A stretch of 52,564 nt of DNA, taken from assembly GCA_963635025.1 (NCBI GenBank), contig CAVHFC010000005.1, forward strand, positions 1 through 52,564, given 5' to 3'. A model generated the notes under the pieces. It searched no databases. It was not told where the DNA came from and saw only the letters and a list, made by a program, of their open reading frames with translations. The translations under genes and the position numbers were made by a program. Each line of letters starts with the position of its first letter. Positions within the stretch are counted from its first letter, which is position 1. Below are positions 12,565-21,882 of this stretch, piece after piece. This DNA is from Eubacterium sp. CAG:786. GTDB taxonomy: Bacteria; Actinomycetota; Coriobacteriia; Coriobacteriales; Eggerthellaceae.

Positions 12565-13700
12565 TTTCCCTCCTCATCCTTTTTGGGAGCAGAGTCCATC
12601 GGCAGATGCACGATACGCGCCCCGGCGAGCAGATCATCATCGAAATAGGCGAGATTCGCTGTGGTGATGAACGTTTGAATTCCTCCTGAAACGAACTGCA
12701 CCAAGGCACGACGACGCCCCTCATCAAGCTCGCTCATCACATCATCGAGAAGCAGAACGGGATTTTGGCCGAGCATATCGCACAGCAGCGACACCTCCGC
12801 AAGTTTGAACGACAAGACCAACGACCGCTGCTGACCCTGGCTGCCGAACACTTCGGCGCTGCGCCCATCGATGAGAAATTCTATGCGGTCAGCATGAGGG
12901 CCGACGAGGCTGCGATGACGGGAGCGTTCCTGACAAAGCTTGTCGGAAAGCGCCGCCGATAGGGCGCAGCGGGCATCGTCGCGCGAAATCGTTTCACCCG
13001 CATCCAGATACGCGCCGTCCTCAAACCACGACGGCGCGTAACGCGCCGAAAGACACTCCCCTCTTCCGGCGATTTCCCCATAATAGCTTGACATGTACTG
13101 GGAAAGCTTTGCGAACAGCGCTGCTCGATAGCACACAAGCTGAGCCCCGCACGTCACCATCAAATCGTTGACGCTTTCCAGCAGCAGCTGATCCGCCTCT
13201 TCTTTGAGCAGCGCGTTTTTCTGCCGAAGCACCTTATCGAAATCACGGCGAATGAGGTAATGATTTCTCGAAAGCTGCGAACCCGTGGCATCGACAGCGT
13301 TGCGCCGAACGGTCATAGACCCCTTTGCGAGCATAAGGTCATCGGGGGTGAACGCGACGCAAGGAAGCAAACCCTTCAGATCAGCCGCACGCTTCGTTTT
13401 GCCGTTCAGGGAAAAGGTGCGCTTTCCCTCGGTGATGGAAGACAGGAAATCCAGTCGACGATTCTCGCCCTCCGCACGCATCCGGAGGTTTGCAACCCGC
13501 GCGCCCTCGCGTACAAGTTGCAGCCCCGTCGGATGCCTGAACGAGGTTTGGGCGGTCAGCAGCTGCACGCCTTCGACGATGTTGGTTTTCCCCACTGCGT
13601 TTGGGCCGACGAATAACGTCAGACCCCCAATACCGTCAAGCTCAAACCGTTCGTAATTGCGAAAGTCCGTGAATGCTATATGCGTAATGGACAAGCCCAC
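12561..13700 (-). CDS. recF: DNA replication/repair protein RecF
   Basis: FRNY, GPNAVGKTN, GPHAD, GSQGQQR, LLLDDVMSELD. Confidence 0.96.
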   Translation of the reverse strand: MGLSITHIAFTDFRNYERFELDGIGGLTLFVGPNAVGKTNIVEGVQLLTAQTSFRHPTGLQLVREGARVANLRMRAEGENRRLDFLSSITEGKRTFSLNGKTKRAADLKGLLPCVAFTPDDLMLAKGSMTVRRNAVDATGSQLSRNHYLIRRDFDKVLRQKNALLKEEADQLLLESVNDLMVTCGAQLVCYRAALFAKLSQYMSSYYGEIAGRGECLSARYAPSWFEDGAYLDAGETISRDDARCALSAALSDKLCQERSRHRSLVGPHADRIEFLIDGRSAEVFGSQGQQRSLVLSFKLAEVSLLCDMLGQNPVLLLDDVMSELDEGRRRALVQFVSGGIQTFITTANLAYFDDDLLAGARIVHLPMDSAPKKDEEGK

Positions 13701-13718
13701 TGGCTTACGCCGTCTTCT

Positions 13719-14819
13719 TTAGGAGATGCGCACAGGCATGACGAGATACAGGAAATTCTCGCCTTCCCCTGACTTGAAGATGCCCGGCTTCAAACCGGAC
13801 TGGACCTCAAGATACACGTCGTCAGTCGCAACCGAACCCAAGCCGTCAAGCACGTAGGTATAGTTGAATGCAATCTCGACGCTCTCGCCTTCGCCTGAGC
13901 ATGAAATGGTTTCCTGAGCCGATCCAACATCTTGAGCAGCAGCGGAAAGCTGGATGCTCTGGCTACCCGTATCGATGGAGAACTTAACCGGCGAACTTTG
14001 CTGGCCCAAAATGGACGTGCGTTTGACGCCCGAAACGAGATGATCAAGGTTGATTTTCACGCGCGTCGCATAGGAATCGGGCAGAAGTTGGCGATAGTTC
14101 GGGAAATTACCTTCAATACGACGGTTGATGAACACGGTGTCCTGGTAGGTCACGACGATTTGGTTTTCCGCCAACGCAATGGATATGTCGTTGTCGGTGC
14201 GCGCAAGCGAGGCAAGTTCCTGCAAGAACGAGCCGGCAATGACCGCCTGGAACCCTTCGGCAGCCGCCTCATCCAAAGTGGTCTCGGTAATGGCGAGGCG
14301 GTACGAATCGGTGGCGACCATCTTCAAGGTCTGACCCTCGAGGGTGATAAGGACGCCGGTCAATATGGCACGGCTCTCATCCTTCGACACGACACGGGCC
14401 ACTCGTTTCACCATAGAAGAGAACTGGGAGAATGGAATGGAGATGCGCTGCTGCGTGTCGACATGGGGGAATCCGGGGAAATCCTCGGCGTCAAGCGTCT
14501 TGATAGAAAAAGACGAAGTGTCGCAGGTGATGATCGCCGAATCCTCGCCTGCATCAACATGCACTGCCGCGTCGGGGAGGTTCTTCACGATATCCGAAAT
14601 AAGCTTGCCGGGAAATACCGACTTGCCTTCCTCTTCCACAAGAGCCGGGACGGTGTATTGAATGGACAGCTCCAAGTCGGTTGCCTGCATCGTAAGGTGA
14701 TCTGAATGAGCTTCCATATAGATGCCGGAGAGGATGGGGAGCGTTGAGCGCGTTGCGATTCCCTTAAGCACTACCGCTATCGCATTCTGAAACTCACTTT
14801 GATTGATGCTGAACTTCAT
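13719..14819 (-). CDS. dnaN: DNA polymerase III beta sliding clamp
   Basis: 366 aa; ATDLE, SRAILTG, VATDSYRL, GNFPNY, YLVMPVR. Confidence 0.98.
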   Translation of the reverse strand: MKFSINQSEFQNAIAVVLKGIATRSTLPILSGIYMEAHSDHLTMQATDLELSIQYTVPALVEEEGKSVFPGKLISDIVKNLPDAAVHVDAGEDSAIITCDTSSFSIKTLDAEDFPGFPHVDTQQRISIPFSQFSSMVKRVARVVSKDESRAILTGVLITLEGQTLKMVATDSYRLAITETTLDEAAAEGFQAVIAGSFLQELASLARTDNDISIALAENQIVVTYQDTVFINRRIEGNFPNYRQLLPDSYATRVKINLDHLVSGVKRTSILGQQSSPVKFSIDTGSQSIQLSAAAQDVGSAQETISCSGEGESVEIAFNYTYVLDGLGSVATDDVYLEVQSGLKPGIFKSGEGENFLYLVMPVRIS

Positions 14820-14883
14820 GGAGCCCTCTTTCTGTTGGGTTCGTTTTACTGATCTTCTTGTTCTTCTTTATATAGTACTTGTT

Positions 14884-14923
14884 TTAATAGTTGTAATAAT
14901 AAGCACGGTTGAAATGTTAGGAA
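14884..14923 (-). promoter_or_regulatory. oriC: oriC basal unwinding element: tandem degenerate DnaA boxes, GC spacer, DnaA-trios
   Basis: Minus strand TTCCTAACA TTTCAACC GTGC T TAT TAT TAC AAC TAT TAA in the AT-rich dnaA-dnaN gap; same layout as B. subtilis incC. Confidence 0.75.
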
Positions 14924-15093
14924 CTACTGTTTTACCACGTCAAATATTAAAAATAGTTCCTATTTCACTGTGGGTATCATGTCCCGCCCTTCCACCGAGT
15001 TTATTGCTTTTGTTATCTTTCCTCCGCTTTCGCTAGGTTTCCCTCATTCGGTCAAGATGTTTTGCTCAGGTTTTCAGCAGTCTCCCTTCGCGG

Positions 15094-15109
15094 TGTTTCA
15101 CGTGAAACA
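15094..15109. promoter_or_regulatory. parS: parS site in the dnaA-dnaN interval
   Basis: Perfect TGTTTCACGTGAAACA. Confidence 0.92.
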
Positions 15110-15125
15110 TTCTGTGAAGCAGCCG

Positions 15126-16718
15126 CTACATTTCTCGGATTTGCTGCTTCAGCGCTTCGACCTCTTCTCGGAGAACCCGGTTCTCCTTCATCTTCGCCTC
15201 TACGTTCGTTACCGAATACATGGCTGTTGAATGGTCGCGATTGAACTTCTTTCCGATATCTTCGTAAGGGATGTCAAGCAGGTCTCGGCAGAGAAAGATG
15301 GTCACCTGACGTGCATGGGCGATGTTTCGCGTTCTCTTCGGTCCGACGATGTCCGCATGGCTGACTTTGAAGAAGTGTTCCGCTTCTTTTTGAATGTCTT
15401 CGACCGTAAGACGCTTGCTCGGGCCTCCTGAGAAATGGTTCTCCAGCAGCATCCGAGCATCCTCTACGGTGAAGCGTGGCTGGTTGGTGTGCTGCGTTTG
15501 CCAGATGACCTTCGTCACGGCGCTCTTAAGCTCCCTGATATTAGAACTTGAGTTTTCGGCTATGTACATTTGAATCTCAGAAGGGATATCAACGTTGGTT
15601 GCCCCGCTGGTTCTTCGGAACTCGTCTATGTAGCCCTTCACGATTCCAAGCTTCGTTTCTATCTCTGGCGGCTGTATGTCCATGGTGCACCCGGAGTTGA
15701 ATCGGGTCTTGTAGCGCTCGTCGATGTCGATGTTGCTTGGCGCACGGTCGGCCGATAGAACGACTTGCTTTCCCTGGGTTGTAAGCTTGTTGAATATGTC
15801 GAATACTATGGTGAGCGTCGCTTTTTTACCTTGCAGGGATTGCACATCGTCGATAAGGAGAACGTCCGCGTCCTCGTACTTCTTCTGGAAGGTCCTGAAG
15901 CTGGCCTTGTCCTTATCGTGCTCCGCAACCGCGTTCGAGTAGTCGTTCGTGATTTCGTTTGCATCGACGTATACGACTTTGAGCGATGGGGTGTTCCGGC
16001 TGATGTAGTTTTGGATGGAGCGAAGAAGATGCGTTTTCCCCAAACCTGATTTCCCGTAGAGGAATAACGGATTGAGGGGGGTTTTCCCCGGCGCTTCCGC
16101 CACGTTTACCGCCATCGAATACGCCATCCTGTTCGAATCGCCTACCACGAAGTTCTCGAACGAGAAGGTTGGCAGGGCTCCTGCGCTCGCTGTATTTGCC
16201 GATTGGCGCTCTTCAACTTCGACTTCCGGCGTGTTATCGGGGGCTTGCTTTGTTTCCTCTGCTTCAAGGGGTGTCGCACCTGTGTCTTTGCCGGCTTCGT
16301 GTGCGGTAAGGTTGACGGGATCTTCTTGCCTGCTCTGAGTTCCGGCTGAATGGGTTTGGGTGGGCACTGTTTGCGCCGCCGCCGAAGTACCCCTTTCTTC
16401 CTTTGCGGCCGCCGGTGCTGCGGCCGGTCTCAGGGGGACTTGCTGTGCTTGTACGGGAGATGAGTACACCTCGATGCCAACCGTGAACGGCACCCCGCAT
16501 ATCTCTTCGAGCGCCATCTCGATGTAAGTGAGGTAATGGCGCTCGATCCAAGTTTTAATGAAGTCGGTGTCTGCGGTCAGCATGATGAATTCCATGTTGG
16601 CCGCTTGCGGATGCAGACGCGAAAAGAACGCGTCAACCTGGTTTTTGTCGATGTTGTCGTATTGCTTGATGCGCGCGCAAACGCTTGCCCATAGCTGCTC
16701 GGTCTCTTCGCTGTCCAT
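15126..16718 (-). CDS. dnaA: Chromosomal replication initiator DnaA (long domain II linker)
   Basis: FENFVVGDSN, NPLFLYGKSGLGKTHL, LLIDDVQ, NIREL, domain IV RDHSTAMYS. Confidence 0.97.
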   Translation of the reverse strand: MDSEETEQLWASVCARIKQYDNIDKNQVDAFFSRLHPQAANMEFIMLTADTDFIKTWIERHYLTYIEMALEEICGVPFTVGIEVYSSPVQAQQVPLRPAAAPAAAKEERGTSAAAQTVPTQTHSAGTQSRQEDPVNLTAHEAGKDTGATPLEAEETKQAPDNTPEVEVEERQSANTASAGALPTFSFENFVVGDSNRMAYSMAVNVAEAPGKTPLNPLFLYGKSGLGKTHLLRSIQNYISRNTPSLKVVYVDANEITNDYSNAVAEHDKDKASFRTFQKKYEDADVLLIDDVQSLQGKKATLTIVFDIFNKLTTQGKQVVLSADRAPSNIDIDERYKTRFNSGCTMDIQPPEIETKLGIVKGYIDEFRRTSGATNVDIPSEIQMYIAENSSSNIRELKSAVTKVIWQTQHTNQPRFTVEDARMLLENHFSGGPSKRLTVEDIQKEAEHFFKVSHADIVGPKRTRNIAHARQVTIFLCRDLLDIPYEDIGKKFNRDHSTAMYSVTNVEAKMKENRVLREEVEALKQQIREM

Positions 16719-16778
16719 CTTGGTCCTCCGCTGCCCTATCGCCTCTTGCGCGCGCCGCGCCTTTTAGTCGTCCGCATG

Positions 16779-16821
16779 TTTTCCACTATGGTATTCCACC
16801 GTTGAAGGCTTTTGTGGAAAA
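16779..16821. promoter_or_regulatory. DnaA-box cluster directly upstream of dnaA
   Basis: TTTTCCACT (16779), TATTCCACC (16792), TGTGGAAAA (16813). Confidence 0.7.
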
Positions 16822-16823
16822 CA

Positions 16824-17960
16824 TTAAATCTGCTGCGCTACCCGCATTCCCGTTTCGGTCAAAACATACTTTTTATCAGCGCCTTTGATGACGAGGCCAT
16901 CTGTCTCAAGCTTCTTTAGGCGCTGGTGAACAGTGGATATTGGCACGTTCGTCACGTGGTTCAGCTCGGTACCCCCTAAGGCTCCGTTCATAGCGATGGC
17001 TTTGATGATCTTTCTCTCTTTATCGCTGAGATTGGAAAGTATGGGTTGCAGGTTGATGCCCTGCTGATAAGCTCCTTGTCCCATCGGCTGCGGGTACGTC
17101 GCTTGCGGATACGTTTGCGGCATCTGAGTCATCTGGGGCGCTTGCACAGCGCCGATGCCCATCGGGTTTTGAGGCATGCCGATCATTTGCTGCGCCTGAT
17201 ACGCTTCTGCACCCCAGGCTTGCGGCACCTGGTTTCCCCAGGCTTGCATCTGAGGGTTTTGCTGCTGGTATGCGGGCCATGTTGATTGGGTTTGTCCCTG
17301 TATGCTCGGAAAACCCTGATTTTGGTATGCATTTGCCGGTTGTGCATAAGCGTACGGTGCTGCATTTTGTCCGGTCATGAACGATTGCGGGCTGATCTCC
17401 TCCTGTGTCGGGTTGCTTTCCGTTTCCTGATAGCCTCCGCCTTCTTCGCCGCGCGCGCTGATAGTGACGACCGATCCGGTTCCGAGGTTATCTTCTATCG
17501 TTATCGTTCCGTGCGTGAACTCGAGGTATTCCTTCACGATGGGAAGGCCCGATCCGACGCCCCTGATGTAGCTTTTCATCGGCTCGGTCGCGGAGCTGAA
17601 TCCAGGAAGCTGCGCGCGATCTTTCCAGGGGATGCCTGGCCCTTGGTCCGCAAACCTCACCGTATTTCCCCCCTCGAGGATGGAAACGGTGGCTTCCCTG
17701 AATCGTGCGTGGATAAAGTTTTCCGACACTTCGCGAATCACCGTGTAGGGGATTGTCCCTCCGGCCTCCTTCGCCTGCTCGTATACGCGCGATGCGAGCG
17801 TCTCTATGAATTCGCCAGTCGGTGCTGGCTCGATGATAGTGACTCGGGGCGCGCTGAGCATGTCATCGTATAAGGCTATGCGTGCGACGTTGTTCACATG
17901 GGTGAAGTCATATTCATCTGCGTTCTCATAAGGTTGTTGACCGGGATTATTCGTATCCAT
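16824..17960 (-). CDS. GHKL (HATPase_c) ATPase + Gln/Pro-rich linker + C-terminal winged-helix protein
   Basis: N-box REVSENFIHA, G1 DQGPGI, PGFSS, G2 GVGSGL; C-terminal LSDKERKIIKAI...ELNHVTNVPISTVHQRLKKLETDGLV...YVLTETG; likely start MDTNNP. Confidence 0.8.
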   Translation of the reverse strand: MDTNNPGQQPYENADEYDFTHVNNVARIALYDDMLSAPRVTIIEPAPTGEFIETLASRVYEQAKEAGGTIPYTVIREVSENFIHARFREATVSILEGGNTVRFADQGPGIPWKDRAQLPGFSSATEPMKSYIRGVGSGLPIVKEYLEFTHGTITIEDNLGTGSVVTISARGEEGGGYQETESNPTQEEISPQSFMTGQNAAPYAYAQPANAYQNQGFPSIQGQTQSTWPAYQQQNPQMQAWGNQVPQAWGAEAYQAQQMIGMPQNPMGIGAVQAPQMTQMPQTYPQATYPQPMGQGAYQQGINLQPILSNLSDKERKIIKAIAMNGALGGTELNHVTNVPISTVHQRLKKLETDGLVIKGADKKYVLTETGMRVAQQI

Positions 17961-17998
17961 CTGGTGTTTTGCAGCCTTTCCCGTTTCCTTTTCGCATG

Positions 17999-18530
17999 TT
18001 TTGCACAATTTCTGGAAAACTATCTGAAAAGTGTACCTTCTTTTCCCTCCGAGTTCCATTCATTCTGGGTAAATACCGTAGTTTGCGGTGGATTATTCAC
18101 TTGTCGATACATACGCTTCTATATGGTTTTCCTCCCTCTTCTCAAAGTTTTCCACTTTCTATTCGTAAATTGTTGAAAACTATGAAAACAAGTATGAATT
18201 TAAGAATGTTGAAAGACGCATTCGTTCCGTATATCGTTGAGAACATCAACGGAAGAATATGCTTCTGATAGGTTTTTGCTCGAGCTCGTCTTTGCACGGT
18301 GGAAATAGTTGAAAGTCTTCGCTTTCGATGATTTCCGAAATTTTAAAAAATTTGTTTTCCACTGTACTGTACAAAAGACCAGTTCAAGTACTGTTTTTAT
18401 TATCAGTTAAAACAAAAGTCGCAGGTAAAATGCCTGTTGATTGCCATCGATCTTGCCTTGACTTTTGACAATGCTTGGTGTTTTCCACACTACCTCATGC
18501 GTGAATTCCGAGTTTTCAACATTTTCCACA
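17999..18530. promoter_or_regulatory. oriC: Large AT-rich DnaA-box cluster (upstream oriC segment)
   Basis: About 12 box-like 9-mers, e.g. TTTTCCACT 18148 and 18355, TGTTGAAAA 18171, TTTTCCACA 18481 and 18522, TTTTCAACA 18513; gene orientation flips here. Confidence 0.8.
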
Positions 18531-18775
18531 ATGAAATTAACAATTAGTTTGTTCAGCTCTTCTTCTCAAGGTGAGCAGATCCGCTATTCCTCAATGCTCC
18601 TCTTTTTGCTCTACTGCTTGTGGCTGGAAGTCGAAAAACCCTATCTATAGTGGTTTACCTGCGAAAATGTGATAATCTTGTGCGTTACCCAAGAAAATAC
18701 CGGTCAGTGGTATGCATCCGATTGCGACGCAGGATATACTCAGCAAGTTGCTCTAAACCACGAAAGGGAAACGAT

Positions 18776-18910
18776 ATGAAGCGCACCTATCAACCTAACA
18801 CTCGCAAGCGTGCCAAGTGCCACGGCTTCCGTGCTCGCATGGCTACCAAGGGCGGCCGCAAGGTTCTCGCCGCTCGTCGTGCTAAGGGTCGTAAGCGTCT
18901 CTGCGTGTAA
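18776..18910 (+). CDS. rpmH: 50S ribosomal protein L34
   Basis: [22 protein letters not shown]...RRAKGRKRL, 44 aa. Confidence 0.98.
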   Translation: MKRTYQPNTRKRAKCHGFRARMATKGGRKVLAARRAKGRKRLCV

Positions 18911-18921
18911 AGAGATTTGGA

Positions 18922-19248
18922 TTGGAGACAATAAAGTCCCGCGAGGATATCTCCGATCTGTTCTCTAGCGGAAAACGCGTACGTACACCGTACCTTACGC
19001 TCATAGTGTTACCAGCGAAGCAGCACGACCGTTCAGGTCGTGTTGCTTTTATTGCGGGCAAGAAATCGGGCAACGCGGTATGGCGAAACAGCGCGAAGCG
19101 ACGCATGAGGGCGATCTGCCGGGAATTACAAGGTCCTTACCAGGGCTTCGATATGATATTTCTTGCGAAGTCGGGTATCTGCGATACCAAGTATAGTAAA
19201 GTGCTCTCGTCGTGCGACGATGCCTTGAAACGTATTGGAGCTCGGTAG
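18922..19248 (+). CDS. rnpA: RNase P protein component
   Basis: KKSGNAVWRNSAKRRMR (RNR motif variant); follows rpmH. Confidence 0.92.
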   Translation: METIKSREDISDLFSSGKRVRTPYLTLIVLPAKQHDRSGRVAFIAGKKSGNAVWRNSAKRRMRAICRELQGPYQGFDMIFLAKSGICDTKYSKVLSSCDDALKRIGAR

Positions 19249-19251
19249 GAT

Positions 19252-19494
19252 TTGGCTGGATTGAAGAAATGGTTGAAGGCACTCCCCTGTAAGATAGCGG
19301 TGTTCCTCATCCTATTCTATAAAGCAGCTATATCCCCTTTATTCCCTGCATGTTGCCGTTTCACACCGACATGCTCAGAATATGGGCTCATCGCATTGAG
19401 AAAGTACGGTTTCGTCAAAGGCTTGAAGCTGACGATCAAACGTATTCTACGATGTCGACCTGGGGGGCCGCACGGCTATGATCCCGTTCCTTAA
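19252..19494 (+). CDS. yidD: Membrane protein insertion efficiency factor YidD
   Basis: [10 protein letters not shown]...RILRCRP...GYDPVP. Confidence 0.95.
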   Translation: MAGLKKWLKALPCKIAVFLILFYKAAISPLFPACCRFTPTCSEYGLIALRKYGFVKGLKLTIKRILRCRPGGPHGYDPVP

Positions 19495-19547
19495 GTGGTG
19501 GGGATAAGCCGGCGGCTTCCTTTAGCATAAGGAAGGATTCATACACC

Positions 19548-20336
19548 ATGTGGGATGTATTCAAGAATTGGATCTTCGACGTCATCCAGTTCTTCTTCAA
19601 CTTCTGCCAAGACTGGGGTTTGGCGATCATCATCGTTACCGTCATCTTCCGTCTGATCATCTCGCCGCTGATGCACAAGCAGACGAAGTCTTCGTATCAA
19701 ATGCAGAAGGTTCAGCCTTTGATGCAGGAGATTCAGAAGAAGTATGCGGATGACCCCACTCGCATGCAGGAGGAGATGCAGAAGCTCTACGCCGAGGCGA
19801 AGTTCAATCCGCTTGCCGGCTGCCTGCCGATGCTGCTTCAGATGCCGATCTTCATCGCGCTGTTCCAGGTTCTTCGCGAGATGCCCAACTATCTGGGTGA
19901 TGATGCGAACTATCAGTTCTACAACCTGGTTCCCAGCCTTGTTCTGACGCCTTCGGACTCGTTTGCCCAAGGCTTCGGCACCTTTGTTCCCTACCTTATC
20001 CTGATGATCGTGTTTGCGGGCGCAACGTTCTTGCCCATGGTTTTGATGCAGATGGGCCAGAAGGATAATCCTCAGCGCAACCAAACGCTCATGATGTCCG
20101 GCATCATGAGTTTGTTCATGCTCTGGATCAGCTGGGGTTCTCCCGCCGGCGTTCTTTTGTTCTGGGGCGTTTCCTCCCTTATCGGCGTTGCTCAGCAGCA
20201 GATTTCCATGCGCATCATGAAGAAGCGCGATGCTGAGAAAGAGGACGCTATCGAGATTAAGCCGATCGAGGTTGAAGTGACCCGCAAGGCGAAGAAGCCA
20301 CGTCCTAAGAAAAAGGACACCACGAAGCGCAAGTAA
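19548..20336 (+). CDS. yidC: Membrane insertase YidC/Oxa1
   Basis: WGLAIIIVTVIFR, NPLAGCLPMLLQMPIF, PAGVLLFW. Confidence 0.95.
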   Translation: MWDVFKNWIFDVIQFFFNFCQDWGLAIIIVTVIFRLIISPLMHKQTKSSYQMQKVQPLMQEIQKKYADDPTRMQEEMQKLYAEAKFNPLAGCLPMLLQMPIFIALFQVLREMPNYLGDDANYQFYNLVPSLVLTPSDSFAQGFGTFVPYLILMIVFAGATFLPMVLMQMGQKDNPQRNQTLMMSGIMSLFMLWISWGSPAGVLLFWGVSSLIGVAQQQISMRIMKKRDAEKEDAIEIKPIEVEVTRKAKKPRPKKKDTTKRK

Positions 20337-20395
20337 GTCCATGGGCGATGTTTTCATGCATCGCCCATTGTTGTATTTCGTTCTAAGGAGCTGTT

Positions 20396-20932
20396 ATGGC
20401 TGAAGAGGAAATTGTTGAGCAGACCGAGGAGAAACCGAAGGATGTTCAGGAATCCGGCGAGCTGACCGATGAGGATATCGATCGTATCGCGGATACCGCC
20501 ATTGCCACCCTGCAGGATATCTTGAAGCACTTTGATGTGGGGGAAGTCACCATCGACGAGTATGAGGGTGACGAAGGGGAGCTGATCCTCGACATCACGG
20601 GAGACGACTTGGCAGTGTTAATCGGTCGTCATGGTAAGACGCTCGACGCGCTGCAGTTCCTCGTTTCCGCTATCACGGTGCGCACTATGGGATTCCGTTA
20701 TCCCGTTGTTGTCGACGTTGAGGGTTACAAAGGCCGCCAGCGTGAGAAGCTGGAATCGATTGCTCACAATGCTGCGAACAAGGCGGCTCGTCAGAACCAT
20801 AGCGTCAAGCTTCGCCCGATGACCCCCTATGAGCGCCGCATTGTTCACATCGCGCTGCGCGATGATGAGCGGGTTGAAACCGCTTCCGAGGGCGAGGGTT
20901 CTGCCCGTCACGTGGTGGTTCTTCCTCTGTAA
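20396..20932 (+). CDS. jag: Jag/EloR/KhpB RNA-binding protein (KH + R3H)
   Basis: LIGRHGKTLDALQ, PMTPYERRIVH, SEGEG. Confidence 0.93.
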   Translation: MAEEEIVEQTEEKPKDVQESGELTDEDIDRIADTAIATLQDILKHFDVGEVTIDEYEGDEGELILDITGDDLAVLIGRHGKTLDALQFLVSAITVRTMGFRYPVVVDVEGYKGRQREKLESIAHNAANKAARQNHSVKLRPMTPYERRIVHIALRDDERVETASEGEGSARHVVVLPL

Positions 20933-20954
20933 GATCCTGCAGCTTTTCCCTAAT

Positions 20955-20993
20955 GGCTGTGTTGGCTTTACCGCCGACACAGCCTTTTTGTTT
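20955..20993 (+). terminator. Intrinsic terminator after jag
   Basis: GGCTGTGTTGG...CCGACACAGCC followed by TTTTTGTTTT. Confidence 0.8.
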
Positions 20994-21048
20994 TATCTGA
21001 ATCTTCGCGAGCTGAATGCTGAGTTTGCCTAACTTAATCGGTAGAGTG

Positions 21049-21064
21049 TGTTTCACGTGAAACA
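21049..21064. promoter_or_regulatory. parS: parS site upstream of rsmG
   Basis: Perfect TGTTTCACGTGAAACA. Confidence 0.92.
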
Positions 21065-21084
21065 GTGTGAGGAGCATTCAGCCT

Positions 21085-21726
21085 ATGCATGACGAACTTC
21101 TTGAGAAACATCTCCAACTGGTGATAGAGGCGAATAAGGTTACGAACATCACCAGAATCGATTCATGGGAAGATGGAATCCTTCTGCATGTAAAGGATTC
21201 GCTTTTAGGTCTGAAAATTCTTCAGGCTTGTCCCGAGGGGAAGTATGCCGATATCGGTTCTGGGGCCGGTTACCCCGGCTTGCCGCTTGCTATCGAGTCT
21301 CAGCGTCAAACAACGCTTGTTGATTCCGTTGGGAAGAAGGTTCGAATTCTTGATGGCTTCATCGAGGAGCTTGGTCTCGAGAATGTTGAAACCTATGCCG
21401 GGCGCATCGAGGATTTCGGAAGAGAGCATCCTGAGGAATTCACTGCGGTATCGGCGCGCGCGCTTTCCAAGCTGTCTATCCTGCTTGAGCTCTCCTCCCC
21501 CCTTCTGAAAAAGGGAGGCCGCTTGATTTGTTTTAAGGCGAATGTTGAAGAAGACGAGTTCCAGCATGCTTTGGTGGTTGCTCAGCAAGTGGGTATGAGA
21601 CTTGTTGACGATGAAACCTTTGAGATGGACGGATATCGTCGTCGCATTCTTTGCTATGAAAAGGTATCGAAGCCTTCGCTGAAGCTGCCAAGGCGTACAG
21701 GGTTAGCTCAGCGCAAGCCCCTGTGA
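21085..21726 (+). CDS. rsmG: 16S rRNA m7G527 methyltransferase RsmG (GidB)
   Basis: HVKDSL, DIGSGAGYPG, VDSVGKK, SARA; SD GAGGAG before ATG 21085. Confidence 0.95.
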   Translation: MHDELLEKHLQLVIEANKVTNITRIDSWEDGILLHVKDSLLGLKILQACPEGKYADIGSGAGYPGLPLAIESQRQTTLVDSVGKKVRILDGFIEELGLENVETYAGRIEDFGREHPEEFTAVSARALSKLSILLELSSPLLKKGGRLICFKANVEEDEFQHALVVAQQVGMRLVDDETFEMDGYRRRILCYEKVSKPSLKLPRRTGLAQRKPL

Positions 21727-21882
21727 GCGATGGTGCAGGAATAAGGGACGCTTGCCGCAAGGTATTCGCGAACAGTTCGCAAGGTTGAAGGTTCATCATG
21801 CTTGGTTGAAGGTGCTTTTCTGTCGGGAATACCTTATTCAAAACACGGTATACTAAAAACGATTATCTGAAAGGGGGTTCCC

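Noticed and set aside
17961..18775. AT-rich region with short repeats as a CRISPR array or small ORFs
   Set aside because: Repeats are 9-mer DnaA boxes at irregular spacing; no repeat-spacer periodicity or cas genes; the ORFs lack coding features.
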